Source: Lama glama (taxonomy: Eukaryota). Taken from it: a stretch of DNA of 64,000 nt. The stretch lies in assembly GCA_028534125.1 (NCBI GenBank), contig CM052818.1:27654001-27718000 (forward strand), given 5' to 3'. Positions 37,430 through 50,200 of the stretch are shown one piece after another. A program made the position numbers and the translations under genes. The first letter of the stretch is position 1. Every line of letters starts with the position of its first letter. The notes under the pieces were generated by a model. The model saw only the letters and a list, made by a program, of their open reading frames with translations. It did not search any database and was not told the DNA's origin.

Positions 37430-38030
37430 AGGTCAGACAGCATGGTGCTCCATAATTTGGCCCCCATTCCACTTATTTGACTTTATCTTATCTTTTCCAC
37501 TTGGTTATTAATTTTCCAAATCTACTGAGAGGAACTCCAGGGAAGGAACTCTGGGACTGTGGGGAGGGTGTCGTCAAGAGGCAACTCAGCAGACAGGGCT
37601 CCAATCTTTCATCCTCCTCCCCTTTTTACTGCAGTCGTTTTGCTGGTCTTACATGTTGTGCCCCTTCATCTGATTTCGTTGGGAGGACCCAGGACTAATA
37701 CATTTTGAAAATGATGATTCTAGACAAACCATCTCTTCTAGTCAGACTGCTCACCTTTATTGTCTCCACTCCTCAATAACACGTTACAATTGTTCATGTG
37801 CCTTTGCTCATTGTTTTCCTTTCCTTCTTCCAACTCAGAAAGCCCTCTACATTTTCTCTGCCATGTGTCTGCTCATAGAAGACCCCTCCTCCAAGGTTCA
37901 GTTCCATGGAAAGTTCCTTAATAACTTTCACCTGAGTCAGTAATTGCTTTATTTTAATCATCGAAATGTTAAGCATAACTCTAGTTTCATACAATATCCT
38001 CAGTAGATGTTTGTTGACTGAATGAGTCAT
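37430..38030 (+). mobile_element. L2 fragments
   Basis: CATGTGCCTTTGCTCATTGTTTTCCTTTCC...CTCAGTAGATGTTTGTTGACTGAATGA terminus. Confidence 0.6.
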
Positions 38031-38088
38031 GCCCACATAAAAGGATGAAATATGAAGGAAACTGAGACATTATCTGAAGGGCAACCTC

Positions 38089-38313
38089 TGTGAGTACAAC
38101 TGTAGGAAGTACACAGATTTTTATTTTTTAATCTTAGTTTTGGAGATTTTATACAGTTTCATTTTTTATGTAAATAATGAAAAAGAATTGGGGAGGGAAA
38201 TTGTGAGTACAACTGTAGGAAGTACACAGATTTTTATTTTTTAATATTAGTTTTGGAGATTTTATACAGTTTCATTTTTTATGTAAATAATGAAAAAGAA
38301 TTGGGGAGGGAAA
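38089..38313. repeat. Two-copy tandem duplication, period 113 bp
   Basis: 38089-38200 and 38202-38313 match at 111 of 112 positions (C38133 versus A38246). Confidence 0.97.
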
Positions 38314-38322
38314 AGCTGAATA

Positions 38323-38667
38323 CATTTGCCCCTCGATATCCCTGGGAATTGGTTCCAGGACCCCCCACAGATACCAAATCTGAGATGCTCAAGTCCCTTA
38401 CATAAAATGGCATGGGGCTTGCATATAACCTATGCACAGCCTCTTATATACTTTGAATTGGTTCTAGATTATTTACACTGTACCTCAAACAGTGTAAATG
38501 CTATGTAAATAGTTGTAAATACAATTCAAATGCTGTGTAAGTAATTACCATTGCACAGCAAGTTCAAGTTTTGCTTTTTGGAACTTTCTAGAATTAAAAA
38601 AAATTATTTTAATCTGCAGTCAATTGAATCCACAGTAGCAGAACCTGCAGATACAGAGGGACAATTG
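38323..38667 (+). mobile_element. MER2/MER2B TcMar-Tigger element
   Basis: CATTTGCCCCTCGATATCC..GGGAATTGGTTCCAGGACCCCC...GATACAGAGGGACAATTG with degenerate TIRs and a TA TSD on both sides. Confidence 0.88.
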
Positions 38668-39019
38668 TAGGTTTCTTCAAGGAAAGCAACTTCAGTCTCC
38701 AAGAGTTATGCCATACTCAGGACTCAGGACTCCTGAATGTTTGTTTAGCCTTAAAGAAAGACATTAATTCATCACCCTGGCCTCTATGGCAAATACTGGA
38801 GCTCTTTTTAGAATTTTACAATTTCTAAGGAAAGGTTGCTTTTTATTACAATCTAGTTTCTTCTATTTCAACTTCAAAAAGTATAAGGGAAATGAATTTG
38901 AATGGGGCATGATTTCTGCTTCTAGTAACTCATGCTTTAGTGATGAGACCATCACAAAGAGAAGAATCACTGCAGCCTGTGGTAAGATTGGAGTCGAAAT
39001 GTGACAGTAAATAGAGGGA

Positions 39020-40200
39020 AAGACTGGTTTTGTCTGAAGGGGTCTCCAGCAGACCTGACAGAGGAAGCTCTGCCTAAAGACTGTGCAGAAATGCACTAGC
39101 AGGAAATGAGGTTGGAGTATCCAAGGCTCAGGGGACATCATGGGAAAGGCACAGAATCAGGGAGTTGTAGGAAACGTTGGTGATGCCATGAATCGCATGG
39201 GTGACCACAGCACCAGTTACAGTGGGGATGGCACATGAGATGCAACATAGAAAATCTCCTGCTTCCAGTTCATACAAGATACTTGATTTTGTTATATGTG
39301 CAGTTTGGGGGTCACTGAATGTTCTGAAAAGGGGAATGATGTGATAGGATAGGGCTTGGGTCTGGTGACAAGAGAGAAGACTTAGGAAACTATTGGGATG
39401 CTCCTGACAAGCTTTAATGATGACTGGACCTAGACAATGCCAAGGAGTCTAGAAAGACTGATGGTGAGAGATACTTCAAGAACCAACTAACAGGATTTGA
39501 TACCTCTTGGATGGGATAGAGAAAGAAAACACTTTAATAGAGAGATAAAGTACTTGAAGAAGTCTCCAAAGTTTTGAGTTTGAAATACTGGAGGGATAAT
39601 GATTCTATCTATTGAGATACAGAATGTATCAGATAGAGGAAACTTGCAAGTCAAGAGGAAGACCTAGTGGGGAAAGGCAGTGTAGAGATACATATTAAAC
39701 TTCAAATGCCTACAGCTTATCCATGAAATGGTGTCCCACAGGTGTTTAAGATGCACAAACTGAATCAGGAATGGAGAGCTTATTTGGGAATCATTACAAC
39801 AGAGTCATAATGAAGTCATGGACAGTGGAAGGCAAAGAGTGTAGATAACCATGGGAAAGTCTCACTGATGAAAAGATGCTGACTGAGCCCAGACATGAAA
39901 TCAGGAAAATACTCTATCAGGGACGTCAAGAGAGGGAGTTATGAAAAGCAGACAGAATGAGTAGATTGAGACTGTAAGGGCTTGAACTTGCTAATTAAGC
40001 AGATTTTAATGATCTAAAAAGGTGACTTCCCTAGAGGAAATAGAGGGTGGAACTCAGATTGCAAGAGGTTGAGGAGTTAGTAAGAGGGGAGAGATGGGAT
40101 AGGAGCTTGAGGAGGACAAGGAAGAGGGCTGACTCTTGGTATATGCTTTGAATGTGTTTGAAGGTGAGGGGGAACGAATGAAAGAATCATCAAAGAGAGT
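39020..40200 (-). mobile_element. L2 LINE fragment
   Basis: Antisense L2 pattern (TTAGGAAACTATTGGGA; TAACAGGATTTGATACCTCTTGGATGGG; TCTCCAAAGTTTTGAGTTTGAAATACTGGAGGGATAATG). Confidence 0.65.
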
Positions 40201-40379
40201 AAGCTGCATATAAAATTAATTCTAACCATGTTGTAGCAATAAGTAGATATAAGCAAGTGAGTGTAGACCTCTGCCAGAAATCAGACCAAAGGCTAAGAAC
40301 AGTGGGAAATAGGTCAGTTTAATATCCCTGGGCATCAGAGAGCTCTGCCGGAAAAGGATATTTGGCTCTTAAGTAGTTT

Positions 40380-41420
40380 TGATCACAGTGATTTTGGTCA
40401 CATATGGTATGCACACACCAACTAGCAATAGGGTTATCTCCAAGGAAGGACTGAGGAAGGATGAAACACAGGAGCTTGGGCACCAGCCACTCCCCATATT
40501 ACGATGACATGATAATGACAGGAAGTGTGGCCTGATTTGGTTCCAGCTCAGGAACCTGGAGGAAGTCCTGGGTAGGAACCTGGAGAGAGTCAAGAGGGAG
40601 AACAAAGGAGGGAGGGGCTTGGAGTTTTACAAAAGCACATAAAACCAAGCTGGTATTCTGAGATTGTCTGATAGCGCAGGCTTGTCACCTCACTCTCTGA
40701 TTTTGGCCCAAATCAGTATTAAATTAGACATGTAATTATGAACCAGGTCTCTCACTGTTTTACCAGGCAGCATTACTGAGTGGAGTAAACCTTGAACCAG
40801 AGAATGGGGTCATGGACAGGGGATCTGGCTCAGAGAAGCCACAAAAGTCTATTGCTTGGGTCACTCTTTCCCTGCTCTGACTCAGAGTCCAGAAGGGTTG
40901 GGGCTTTTCCATCTGAAAGAGATGAAGGAGACGTAACAACAGATGGGCAGAAGTGGAAGTTATGAAAGGCTGAAAGGAGGTGGTTGCTTAGGAGGAGGAA
41001 GGAGATTCCTTCAAAAACATGGGTAAAGAGCAAGCTACTGGATTTGGAATGAAGCAGAACAATTGGAAAGAAGCTACAGTAAAGGGATGATTTAGAAAAT
41101 CTCTGAGGTTAAAAGGAGGGAAATTTCCCTTGAATTTGCCTCAAACTGTTGATGTGGGTAAGGGTTTGAGAACTTGGGAGGAACTGAAAAAGGTTTTCAG
41201 TTTCTGTGGGGCACTCGATGGTGTGCCTAGGAGATGGTTACCAGGACTCACGAGCAAAGAGCCGGGGATGTGAAACGCTAGTGAGGGCAGCTGAGGAAGC
41301 TGATGGAGACCAGGAAAGGGCTAAAAGATGGAGAAGGTTAAGTCCAGAAGCTGACGGATGGACTCAGTTGTGCTCAAAGAGTAGGACAACGATGAAAGAC
41401 TAGGACTGCATTTCACTCTT
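40380..41420. mobile_element. Probable ancient LTR (LTR78/79-like), unresolved
   Basis: About 1 kb of purine- and GC-richer sequence with loose resemblance to old ERV1 LTRs. Termini not identified. Confidence 0.3.
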
Positions 41421-41546
41421 CAAGTCACCACTAGAAATACTGCATTGTGGTTTTCATCGGCTGGGTTAAGAGCTCCTTATATTATTTCAGTGACTCCCGC
41501 CATTATGAGGAAATACAGTGAGGTGGAAGTAGAAATTCAAACCCTC

Positions 41547-42041
41547 CAGAACACTTGTCCAATAGAAATACAATGTGGATTTCAAAGGTACTTTAAAATT
41601 TTCTAATAGTCACAATAAAAATAAATAAATTAAAAGAAACAGGTCTTAAGGACACATTAACTCAATGTATCTAAAACGTTATCATTTCAATTCATTATCA
41701 ATATACAAATTATCATTGAGATTACCTACATTCTCTTTTTTCTTTCTAAGTCTTTCAAACTTTGTGTGTATTGCTTGTTTTCAGCACACCTCAATCTGGA
41801 GGCTAAAATTTTATCAAAAATACTTGCCTTGCACTTAGATTTCATATAATTTACTGCTGAAAAAGGAGATTCACATATCCAGGTTGTTCCAAACAGAATT
41901 AAAATTTGAGAAGTTTTTATGTTTAAATTTATACTCACTACAGTGAAATAAAATTTTAAAAATTCAGTTTTTCAGTGTCATAGCTAAATCCACGTGTCCA
42001 GTAGCCCATGTGGTCAGTGGCTGCTACACTGAATAGCACAG
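41547..42041 (-). mobile_element. Charlie1-family hAT deletion derivative (MER33/MER3-type ends)
   Basis: Ends TGTCCAATAGAAATA... and ...TAGCCCATGTGGTCAGTGGCTGCTACACTGAATAGCACAG. The minus-strand frame FGTTWICESPFSAVNYMKSKCKASI is a remnant of the hAT C-terminal dimerisation domain. Confidence 0.85.
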
Positions 42042-42929
42042 AGCCAGCACACTGGGTAATTGCTAATAAAGTTATTAAGAAGTTATTGACCGCTATTGGG
42101 ATTTACGTAGTATTTTATTGAAATTAAGAGGGGAGAATTGGATTCTGCCCTTTGGGAAATAAAACCACGAAGGCATGAGAGAATGAGCGTCTGATTCTCA
42201 TTGTTTGGGAAAGTGCCAGGAGACATATGTATACCAGCATAGCCACAACCTGCCACAAAGAAAGTTCCTGTGTTTTTCTCTCATATTCAGATGATTCTGA
42301 ATGGTCTGAAGCTGACCTCTCTTCTAAAAGTATAGCCCTGCTTTAAGCATTAAAATGCAAATGATGATATCTATATTATCAAATTATTCACCCTATTTTC
42401 CAAGTCCTTTTGCTAGACTGTGGGCTATTGATAAGAGACTTCTTAGAATTATCTTCCATTTTCATTATTTTTAGAAGCATTTGGCTCTTGTTTTTGCACC
42501 AATTAGGAGGCTTGGATAAAAGGAGCTGGTGGAAGAAGAGAGATCTGCATTGTTGTTAGTGTGATTTATGCTGCCTTCTCTGTCCCACCTGTATATATAG
42601 TTCATAATCAATTTGCACATAAAGTTGATTGAGCTCTATGGGAATATTTAGATGAAAGAAACTCTGTAAATGCCAGATATTTATTATCTTCATTATGGCG
42701 ATATAATGTGGTAATAACAGAAATGTTACAATTGATTTAATGGAGCTCTGTAATTTGAAGCAAGTTTTAGAGTTATTATGGCGAACTTATTTCTTGAATT
42801 TTTATATTATTCATGCAAGTTGTTTCATCTATGAGCTTTCTCACATGGTGACAGGACGCTGAGTAGATCTGGTTTCTTTTACAGAAACATCACAGTTTAC
42901 AAAGAACAGCTGCACAGATTTGTCTGTTA

Positions 42930-43270
42930 TTAGTTACTTATAAAGTAGGAAGGACGGTGTGATCGGTCCTAGTTTAGAGATGAAAAAAGGGAGGCTTAGA
43001 GGTGTGTAGTTTGAGATGACACAACTAGCAAATGGCTGTGTGAAGACGAATACTTATCTCTTTCTTATCATGAATTCAAATTTGTAAACTATGTGCTGAT
43101 GAGTAATATTCCAGAAAAGCAGTAGGAAAGAATGACTAAGAGTGCAGGCTCTGAGTGCAGCAGCCCTGGTTCAAATCCTTCTCTGCTTCTCACTATCCAT
43201 GTGATCTTACTCAAGGTACTGTCAAAGCCTCAGTTTCCTCACTTATAAAAAGGGAAATAATAATAATCAC
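42930..43270. mobile_element. Two adjacent MIR remnants in opposite orientation
   Basis: TTTAGAGATGAAAAAAGGGAGGCTTAGAGG at about 42975, and CTGGTTCAAATCCTTCTCTGC...GCCTCAGTTTCCTCACTTATAAAA at about 43165-43250. Confidence 0.7.
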
Positions 43271-43399
43271 ATAAGCTTTTTTTTTTACATTAAGCTGAAA
43301 CTATTACTCAATTTGTGATCGAAGAACACAGATATTTATAAGAACGGCATTTTAAATAAATACCTGGAGACATTAACATTAGGTATAAGCATCACTGTG

Positions 43400-43870
43400 A
43401 CAACCATCTGAGCACTTATTTTCTCTACTAACCACAGCCCAAGCCTCTCTGCCTCCTACCTACTACCTCCCAACCCTATTGGCCTCTTTATAGAGCTCTG
43501 AAACTGCTAAACTCTTTCTCTTCCATAGCGTCTTTGCAGAGGCTGGTCCCTCAGTCCAGAATGCTTTCTAATAAGTTTTTGTGGGTCGTCCCTCCGTCCC
43601 TCCGTCCCTCCCTCCCTTCCTTCCCTCCTTCCATCTCTCTTTCCTTCCTTCTAGTCTGAGGTTAAATGCCACCATCTCACAGAGCCCTTTCATAACTACC
43701 CCATCTAGGGAAATTCCCCTTATCCCCCAGTTACCTCTTATTACTAGTCTCTGTTCCTTCATAGCCAATATCACAGTTTATTTAAAATTTTATTACTCAC
43801 TGAATTCAACTTATTTGTCCACATAAGATTTTCCCCACAATATCCTGAGGGTGGTATATAATGTATGTTT
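43400..43870 (+). mobile_element. L2 fragment containing a (CCTT/CCCT)n tract at 43587-43651
   Basis: TCTTTGCAGAGGCTGGTCCCTCAGTCCAGAATGCTTT; TTAAATGCCACCATCTCACAGAGCCCTTTC. Confidence 0.65.
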
Positions 43871-43879
43871 CTGTTTGAA

Positions 43880-45680
43880 TATACGTATATCCAATTTTGC
43901 ATTCTGCTTTAATAACCTAGCATTTTACTGAGGTCATTTTCTGGTGATTAATATATGTTTATAACGCAACTTTTTAATGTTTGTATATTATTTGTTCATA
44001 TGGATCACACTGGCTTATTTGATCACTTCTGTTTTATTGTACCTTTTTTTCACTTTCTAAAAACTATTTTAAGAAATGTTGCTATGTTTGTACTTAAGTC
44101 CCTGTTTATACCTTTGTGCTAAATTTCTTTCTGGAGAGATTATAACAATTTATATTCTGTGATGGTGTTTGCGAACACCTGTTTTACATACTGTGAGCAG
44201 CACTGAATGTTAATCTTCATAAATAATGCAATTTTATTGGTAAGAAATAGCACTTTCTTATTTTAACTTGCATTTTTTTGATTACTCAGGAGTAATTGGG
44301 TTTTCTTGTTTACTAGACACTTGTATTTCTTCTTCCAGAAGTGGGCTTTCTATTCATTCTTCCATTTTGGTTTTATGTTTTCTTATTAATAAGGCCAATT
44401 TTATATTAAGAATATTAGCCAATTGTCTATATTATTGAAAATATTTTTCCAATTTCTTGCTTGATTTTTAATTTTGTTTATATTTTCGATGGATATGCTT
44501 TAAAAATTTTTATGCACTCAAGTTGACTGAACTTTACCTTTATGATCTTTTTCTACCCTCTTCATATTTAAAAGGTCCTTACATAAGACAAGATCAGTTA
44601 AATATCCATAAATTTTCTCAAATTATTTAATTTTTTTCATTTGATTTAACTCTTTAGGCCTTCTAAAATATATCGAGTATGATGTCATATGACATATTCT
44701 AATTTGTCTTTTTTTTTTTAAAGAAAATACCTATATTTTATGAATAATTCATTTCTTCCTTATTGGCTTATGGTATTTTATCACATATTCCATTCTCATG
44801 CATACCAGAAGGTTAGCTGGAAACCTACACTGGTGTCTTTTCTGTAATTACTGTAGGTTTAAATGATAATTTAATATCTAGTAATACAATTTCCCCCTCC
44901 CTATTCTCCTTTTCCAAAATTTTTTCAGCTACTATTGCTTGTTTATACTTCCAATAAATAAAGAACTGTAGTGTCAATTCTGGTAGGCTGAATAATGACC
45001 CTCAAAGATATCCAGGTCCTATTTTCTGTAACTAGTGAACGTTATCTTATATGGAAAAAGGGTCCTTGAAGGTATAACTAAATGAAGGCACTTTAGATGG
45101 GAAAATTTTCCTGGATAGACAGGCCTTAGATGTAATCACTAGTCTGTTTAAGTAGAAGACAGAGGGAGATTTGACTACAGAGAATAAAGCTGTGTGAAGA
45201 CGGAACAGAGAGAGAGTTGAAGATTCTACCTGCCTTGAAGATGGAACAAAGGGCGCTGAGCCAAGGAAGGCAAGGAATGCAGGTCTAGACACAGGAAGCA
45301 AGGAAAAGGAATCTTCCCTAGAGCCTCCCAAGGGAGCATGGCTGTGCCTACGCCGTGCTACGCCACTACACCTTGATTTCAGTGCAGTGAATCTGCTTTT
45401 GGACTTCTATGTCCAGAACTGTGTGAGGATAAATGTATGTTCTTTTAAACCATCAAGTTTGTGGTAATTTATTACAGCAGTGATAGGAAACTAATACATC
45501 AATTTAATAAAAAATGCTCATGGGATGTTTGTGAATTTTCATTAATGTCATCCATTAATATTTGAAGAATTGACATATTTAAGTTATCAATATTCCTTTC
45601 CAAGCAAATATATCTCTTATTTCTGAGTAAAATGTTATGGCTTTTGGGGAAATTTCTTGTACTAATATTTCCAATGAAAG
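43880..45680 (-). mobile_element. Old L1ME fragment, split by MLT1D
   Basis: Antisense L1 pattern: TTTTAACTTGCATTTTTTTGATTACT; ATATTAGCCAATTGTCTATATTATTGAAAATATTTTTCC; TTTGAAGAATTGACATATTTA. Confidence 0.7.
44979..45498 (+). mobile_element. MLT1D-like MaLR solo LTR
   Basis: T(C)TGGTAGGCTGAATAATGACCC...GTTTGTGGTAATTTATTACAGCAG..ATAGGAAACTAATACA with a perfect 5 bp TSD TCAAT (44974-44978 and 45499-45503). Confidence 0.9.
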
Positions 45681-47116
45681 AGATTTTTGTTTTTCAGAGA
45701 ATTAGCAGCATATTTTTTGTAAAGCAATTTTCTGGAGGGTAAGTATAGAGGGAAAATGGGTGTCATTAAGTTGGCAGGAGCTGGGCATTTAACAGGTCAA
45801 CTTCTATACTATTATACAAAGAACAACAATTTGGTTCTTCAAAAGAGGTTAGCGTAAAGAAACAAACTCACTATTTCTCTAAATTATCTTATTCTTTTGG
45901 AAGGCTTTTCTGTAAGCGGGTTTTGTTTATTCTATGAGGACAGATGATGAATAAATGGAAATATAAAGCTGTGTTATCTCTTTAAAATACAACCTTTTTC
46001 TATAACACGGCATCAGAGTATTTCCAAAATAATTCTTAAAGACTGAAGTCATGTTTTTCACCAAGACATCAAAACTCTGAGGTTTCTGGCATTTTATATA
46101 TACCCATCTTCTCTGGTTTGCATTTCATTTTTTATTGTCCTTATTTTGATAATCAAGCTACTTACTGTTTCATTGTGGACACTGAAATTTATTTTGTTGT
46201 GTTTCAGACATAGTTATGGCAAGAAATTCTGATGTGTTGGGAGTGGAGTTAATTATTCACAGATTTTTAATATGATTCATGGGACATTTGGGGCTGGTAA
46301 TTTTTCTAGTAGGTGGTTTGAGTAGGTGAACATAAGAATCCTATAAGAATCTGAAAACATGCAGATGTCTTGATCTTCCTCAAAATATACAGAGGGAGTC
46401 AAAGCATTTGTATTTTTAAAAAGCACAAAAGTTCCCTCACCTTGGGTTATGTAGTAAACCCTCCGGAATTAGAGATCTTCTTGAACTGTCAGTCAGTCAT
46501 CCCCAAAGATCTGCTGCTTGTCATCGCCCTGACATAGCTATGTCAATGTGTCCCATTCTCTTTGCGCTAAGAAGAGAATCTAGTTACTCTTCTTGCCCCT
46601 AGCCAGTATCTCCCAGAATTTTCTCTTATATAGTAAATCTTACTAAGAGTCAGAAAGGGCAACTTCAAATATTTAATCAATGTTACTTTATTTCACAGGG
46701 AAATTTTTATGCTAGTGCAGCATTTGTGAACTGAAAATTAGAAAGTTCTTTAGTGTATCTCTTTCCAATGTCAAGGGTATACCATTTCTAGTTTATACTG
46801 ATATTGTGACTATAACTTTGATGGAAAATATCCTACAAACACAGTAATTTTAAGGAAAGGAAATATGTCATCTTTTTGTTCTGACTTTTTAATCCTAAAT
46901 CTTCTTCAAGGAAATGCCTTCTTCTTAAAGACTATTAACATACTCAATTTTCATGGTAACCTTTCTTGTTTCTAATTGTGAGGCATTTGCAATTATTTTG
47001 GTGCCTAAATACTATGGTTTTTATTGTGCTTCAATATTTACATTAGAATTTTTTCTCTACAAGTACAAGGCTCTTAAAGGCTGAGATTTGTAGTACCCCA
47101 TGCACTGCTGAGAAAA

Positions 47117-47953
47117 CAGTGGTCCCTTCTTATCTGTGGTTTTGATTCTGTGGTTTCTGTTACCCGTGGTCAACTATGGTCCAAAAAATATGAAATGGAA
47201 AATCCCTGAAATAACCAATTCATAAGTTTTAAATTGCAGCCATTCTGAGTAGCATGATGAAATCTTGCACTGTCCTGCTCAGCATTGCCTAGGACATACA
47301 TAAATCATCCCTTTGCCCGGAATATCCTGTGTTAGTCACTCAATGGCCATCTGGGTTATCAGATGACTACTGCTGTGCTACCACAGTGCTTGTGTTCATC
47401 ACCCTTATTTTACTTAATAATGACCCCAGAACACAGAGTAGGGATGCTGGCAACTCGGATATGCCCAAGAGAAGCTGTAAAGTGCTTCCTTTATGTGAAA
47501 AGGTTCAAGTTCCAGACTTAAAAAGGAAAGAAAAAAAAGTGCTGAGGTTGCTAAGATCTACACTATGAACTAATCTTCTATTTGTGAAATTGTGAAGAAG
47601 GAAAAAGAAATCCGTGCTAGTTTTTGTTGTTGTACTTCAAGCTGCAGAAGTTATTGCCACAGCGTGTGATAAGTGCTTAGTTAAGATGGAAAATGCATTA
47701 CATTTGTACAATGAAAGGGAGAGAAACTACACTGACATAACTTTTATTACAGTAGATTACTATAATTATTTTTACTGTATTATTGGTTATTGTTATTAAT
47801 CTCTTACTGTGCATAATTTATAAATTAAAGTTCATCATAGGTATGTCTGTATAGAAAAAAACATAGTATCTACAGGGTTCAGTACTATTTGTGGTTTCAG
47901 GCATCCACTGGGGGTCTTGGAACATAACTCCCACAGGTAAAGGGAGATAATTG
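47117..47953 (+). mobile_element. MER44C/D (Tigger7) element with decayed transposase N-terminus
   Basis: TIR CAGTGGTCCCTTCTTATCTGTGG. From ATG 47461 the frame reads MPKRSCKVLPLCEKV..DL.RKEKK, then frameshifts to ...ATACDKCLVKMENAL (CENP-B-like HTH remnant). Confidence 0.9.
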
Positions 47954-49959
47954 TTTTCTCAAGTACATTTTAAGTGCATGAAACTCATATATTGAATTGA
48001 ATGAAATAAAAACATCTTTCTTAACAGAGAAACTGATTTTATCAGTTCCAGCTAAGCAAAGTTATTACCTATTTATTTATTTTTTTGTACAGTTAGAAAA
48101 TCTAATGAGATTAAAGAAAGTGACCATTTTCTTTTTGCAGCTGGTCTTAAAAATATGACTGCCATCTTGGTATCATGCATTGTTGTTTTTAGAAGAATGC
48201 ATTTCAAAAACTATTGTATTCATATGTAAACAGCAAAACCAACCTTTAGTAGCTACGTTTAGTGTGAGTCTGGTGTGTACATACACATTCTGATGTCTGT
48301 GTTTGGTTTAAACGTGTGTGGTGAGGTGAGAGGAGAAACTTTCCTTACGGTAATCATCAAAGCAATACTTAGATGAGAAACATACAACAGGTGTGTGATT
48401 CAAGATAAGTTACCTCCGTTATTATCCAAAAAATTTAAATCTCTTCACTTTGCTTACTACAATAGTAATGCATCACCTGTGTGGAGGATTTCTTGGCATT
48501 ATTGGCTGACCTTAATATTTATCATAAAAACACTGTTAAAGGAATGACATTGTAAATGCTCTCTTCCACTTTTATGAAAGTGTTATTAAAATGTCTTTAC
48601 AGAATACAACCATCTTCTCATTAGATGTCACAGAAGGGTTCGGTGAAAATAGGCTTTTCCCACAAGTTCCAATCCCCTTATCTTTTTTCCCAGCTGTTCT
48701 GATTCTTCTAAAAATCAACTTCTCCTGATGGTTTCTGTTAATAGGTAATAAGACCAGTGATTCAAATCACTTATTACCCTCTTCGGGCTTTCAGACCATT
48801 CTAGCATGCTTCTAGTTAGAATAATGATTGCAGTGATAAGTCGACGTGAGAGGATAGTAATTTTATACATTAATGCTCATCGACCTCCTTAGATTTACAT
48901 TAGCTCTTGCAATAATAAAAAACGTTCTAATGGTAGAGGAAATATTTATGAATATTTTAAATATATATGTGCCCTCTAGCAAAATTAGAGTTCTACTTGA
49001 GCTTTACTGGGATACATTTTGCTGCAGCAAAGCATGTACTTCCAGTACTGATAATAGATAAATTTAGATTACTCTGTGTTCTTGTATTCCTTCTCAAAAT
49101 GTTGTATTTTGATCGTATCTACTAGCTGTGTCTTTAGAGCTCTTTAAGGGAAATTCACTTTAATTTATAAGACAAATTTAAAATAATTGCTAGCCCTGTC
49201 TCCTTCATCTTTCCTCCCGCAGGTGCACAGGCACAGGGAGACATGGTTATATTTACTATTTCCACAGAGTCTCCATGACCTAGTGACTAGCTCTGACATG
49301 TCTGGTAACAACTCTGACATAGAAGAAGATGTATACTTTTTAACTGGAAGTAGCTACCTTTTCAAATTCTTTAGCAAACCATTACTTGGCATAAAGTCAC
49401 TTTGGAATCAATTAAATATGAACCTTTGTCACATCAGTATTCATTGAAAAGCACTTAGGTGATTAAAGACCCTTGGCTCCTAAATATTTGACTACTCACC
49501 AGCACCAGCCATTTAGAAAGCCTTATTAGCTCTTTATACTTGCAGGGATGGCAGCATGGAAAAGTGAACAAAATGAGGGGAAACATAATTGCCTCCAAAT
49601 GAATTTTCCTTCAGCTTCGGCATGGCTTGTGCTATTCTGGGGTGTGCCTGTTCTTCCTCTAACTCCCCATACCTTCTGCTGCTACCTTCTGGGGCTTCCA
49701 GAACTCTCTGCTTCTACAGCACAGTCTTTTTAAATGAAAATTCAAGATAAAAATGAATGAATAAATTTATAAATTTTCATCATCCAAGTGGGATCAGGCT
49801 AGACTACACATCTTCCATTTAGCAAATGAAGCAGGTACGAGCGTGTTTAATATTTCAAGAACTGCCTTTGAACAAATTTTTAAACATGTTAGAGCACATG
49901 TAAACATGGTAAACAAGAATAACATTAGTTTTAAATGCTAACTTATGATACTAATCACA

Positions 49960-50200
49960 ATAATGACTACTCTATTGACGGAATTATACATGAAGCTACG
50001 TGGTGTATGTGTGTTTCTTTCATCTTCTCAGCACCAATGCTATGAGGTCAGTATTTTCATCCTTGTTTATGTATGAGAAAGCTGAGGCTTGGAGAAGTAA
50101 TTTAAGTAATTCAGGTGATCCTCAGAAGATTACACAGTGCTGTAATTGGAATTAGAATCCAGGCTGGCCTAAATTCAAAGTTCCGTTTCTTGACCATTAA
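49960..50200 (-). mobile_element. MIR remnant
   Basis: CTATGAGGTCAGTATTTTCATCCTTGTTTATGTATGAGAAAGCTGAGGCTTGGAGAAGT. Confidence 0.75.

Noticed and set aside
41726..41938. ZBED/SCAND3/GTF2IRD2-like hAT-domain exon
   Set aside because: It lies within a ~500 bp Charlie1 deletion derivative with both transposon ends and is a degenerate remnant.
47329..47799. Domesticated Tigger/CENP-B-like gene (TIGD-type)
   Set aside because: Only a frameshifted N-terminal fragment inside an internally deleted MER44 element, with no DDE domain.
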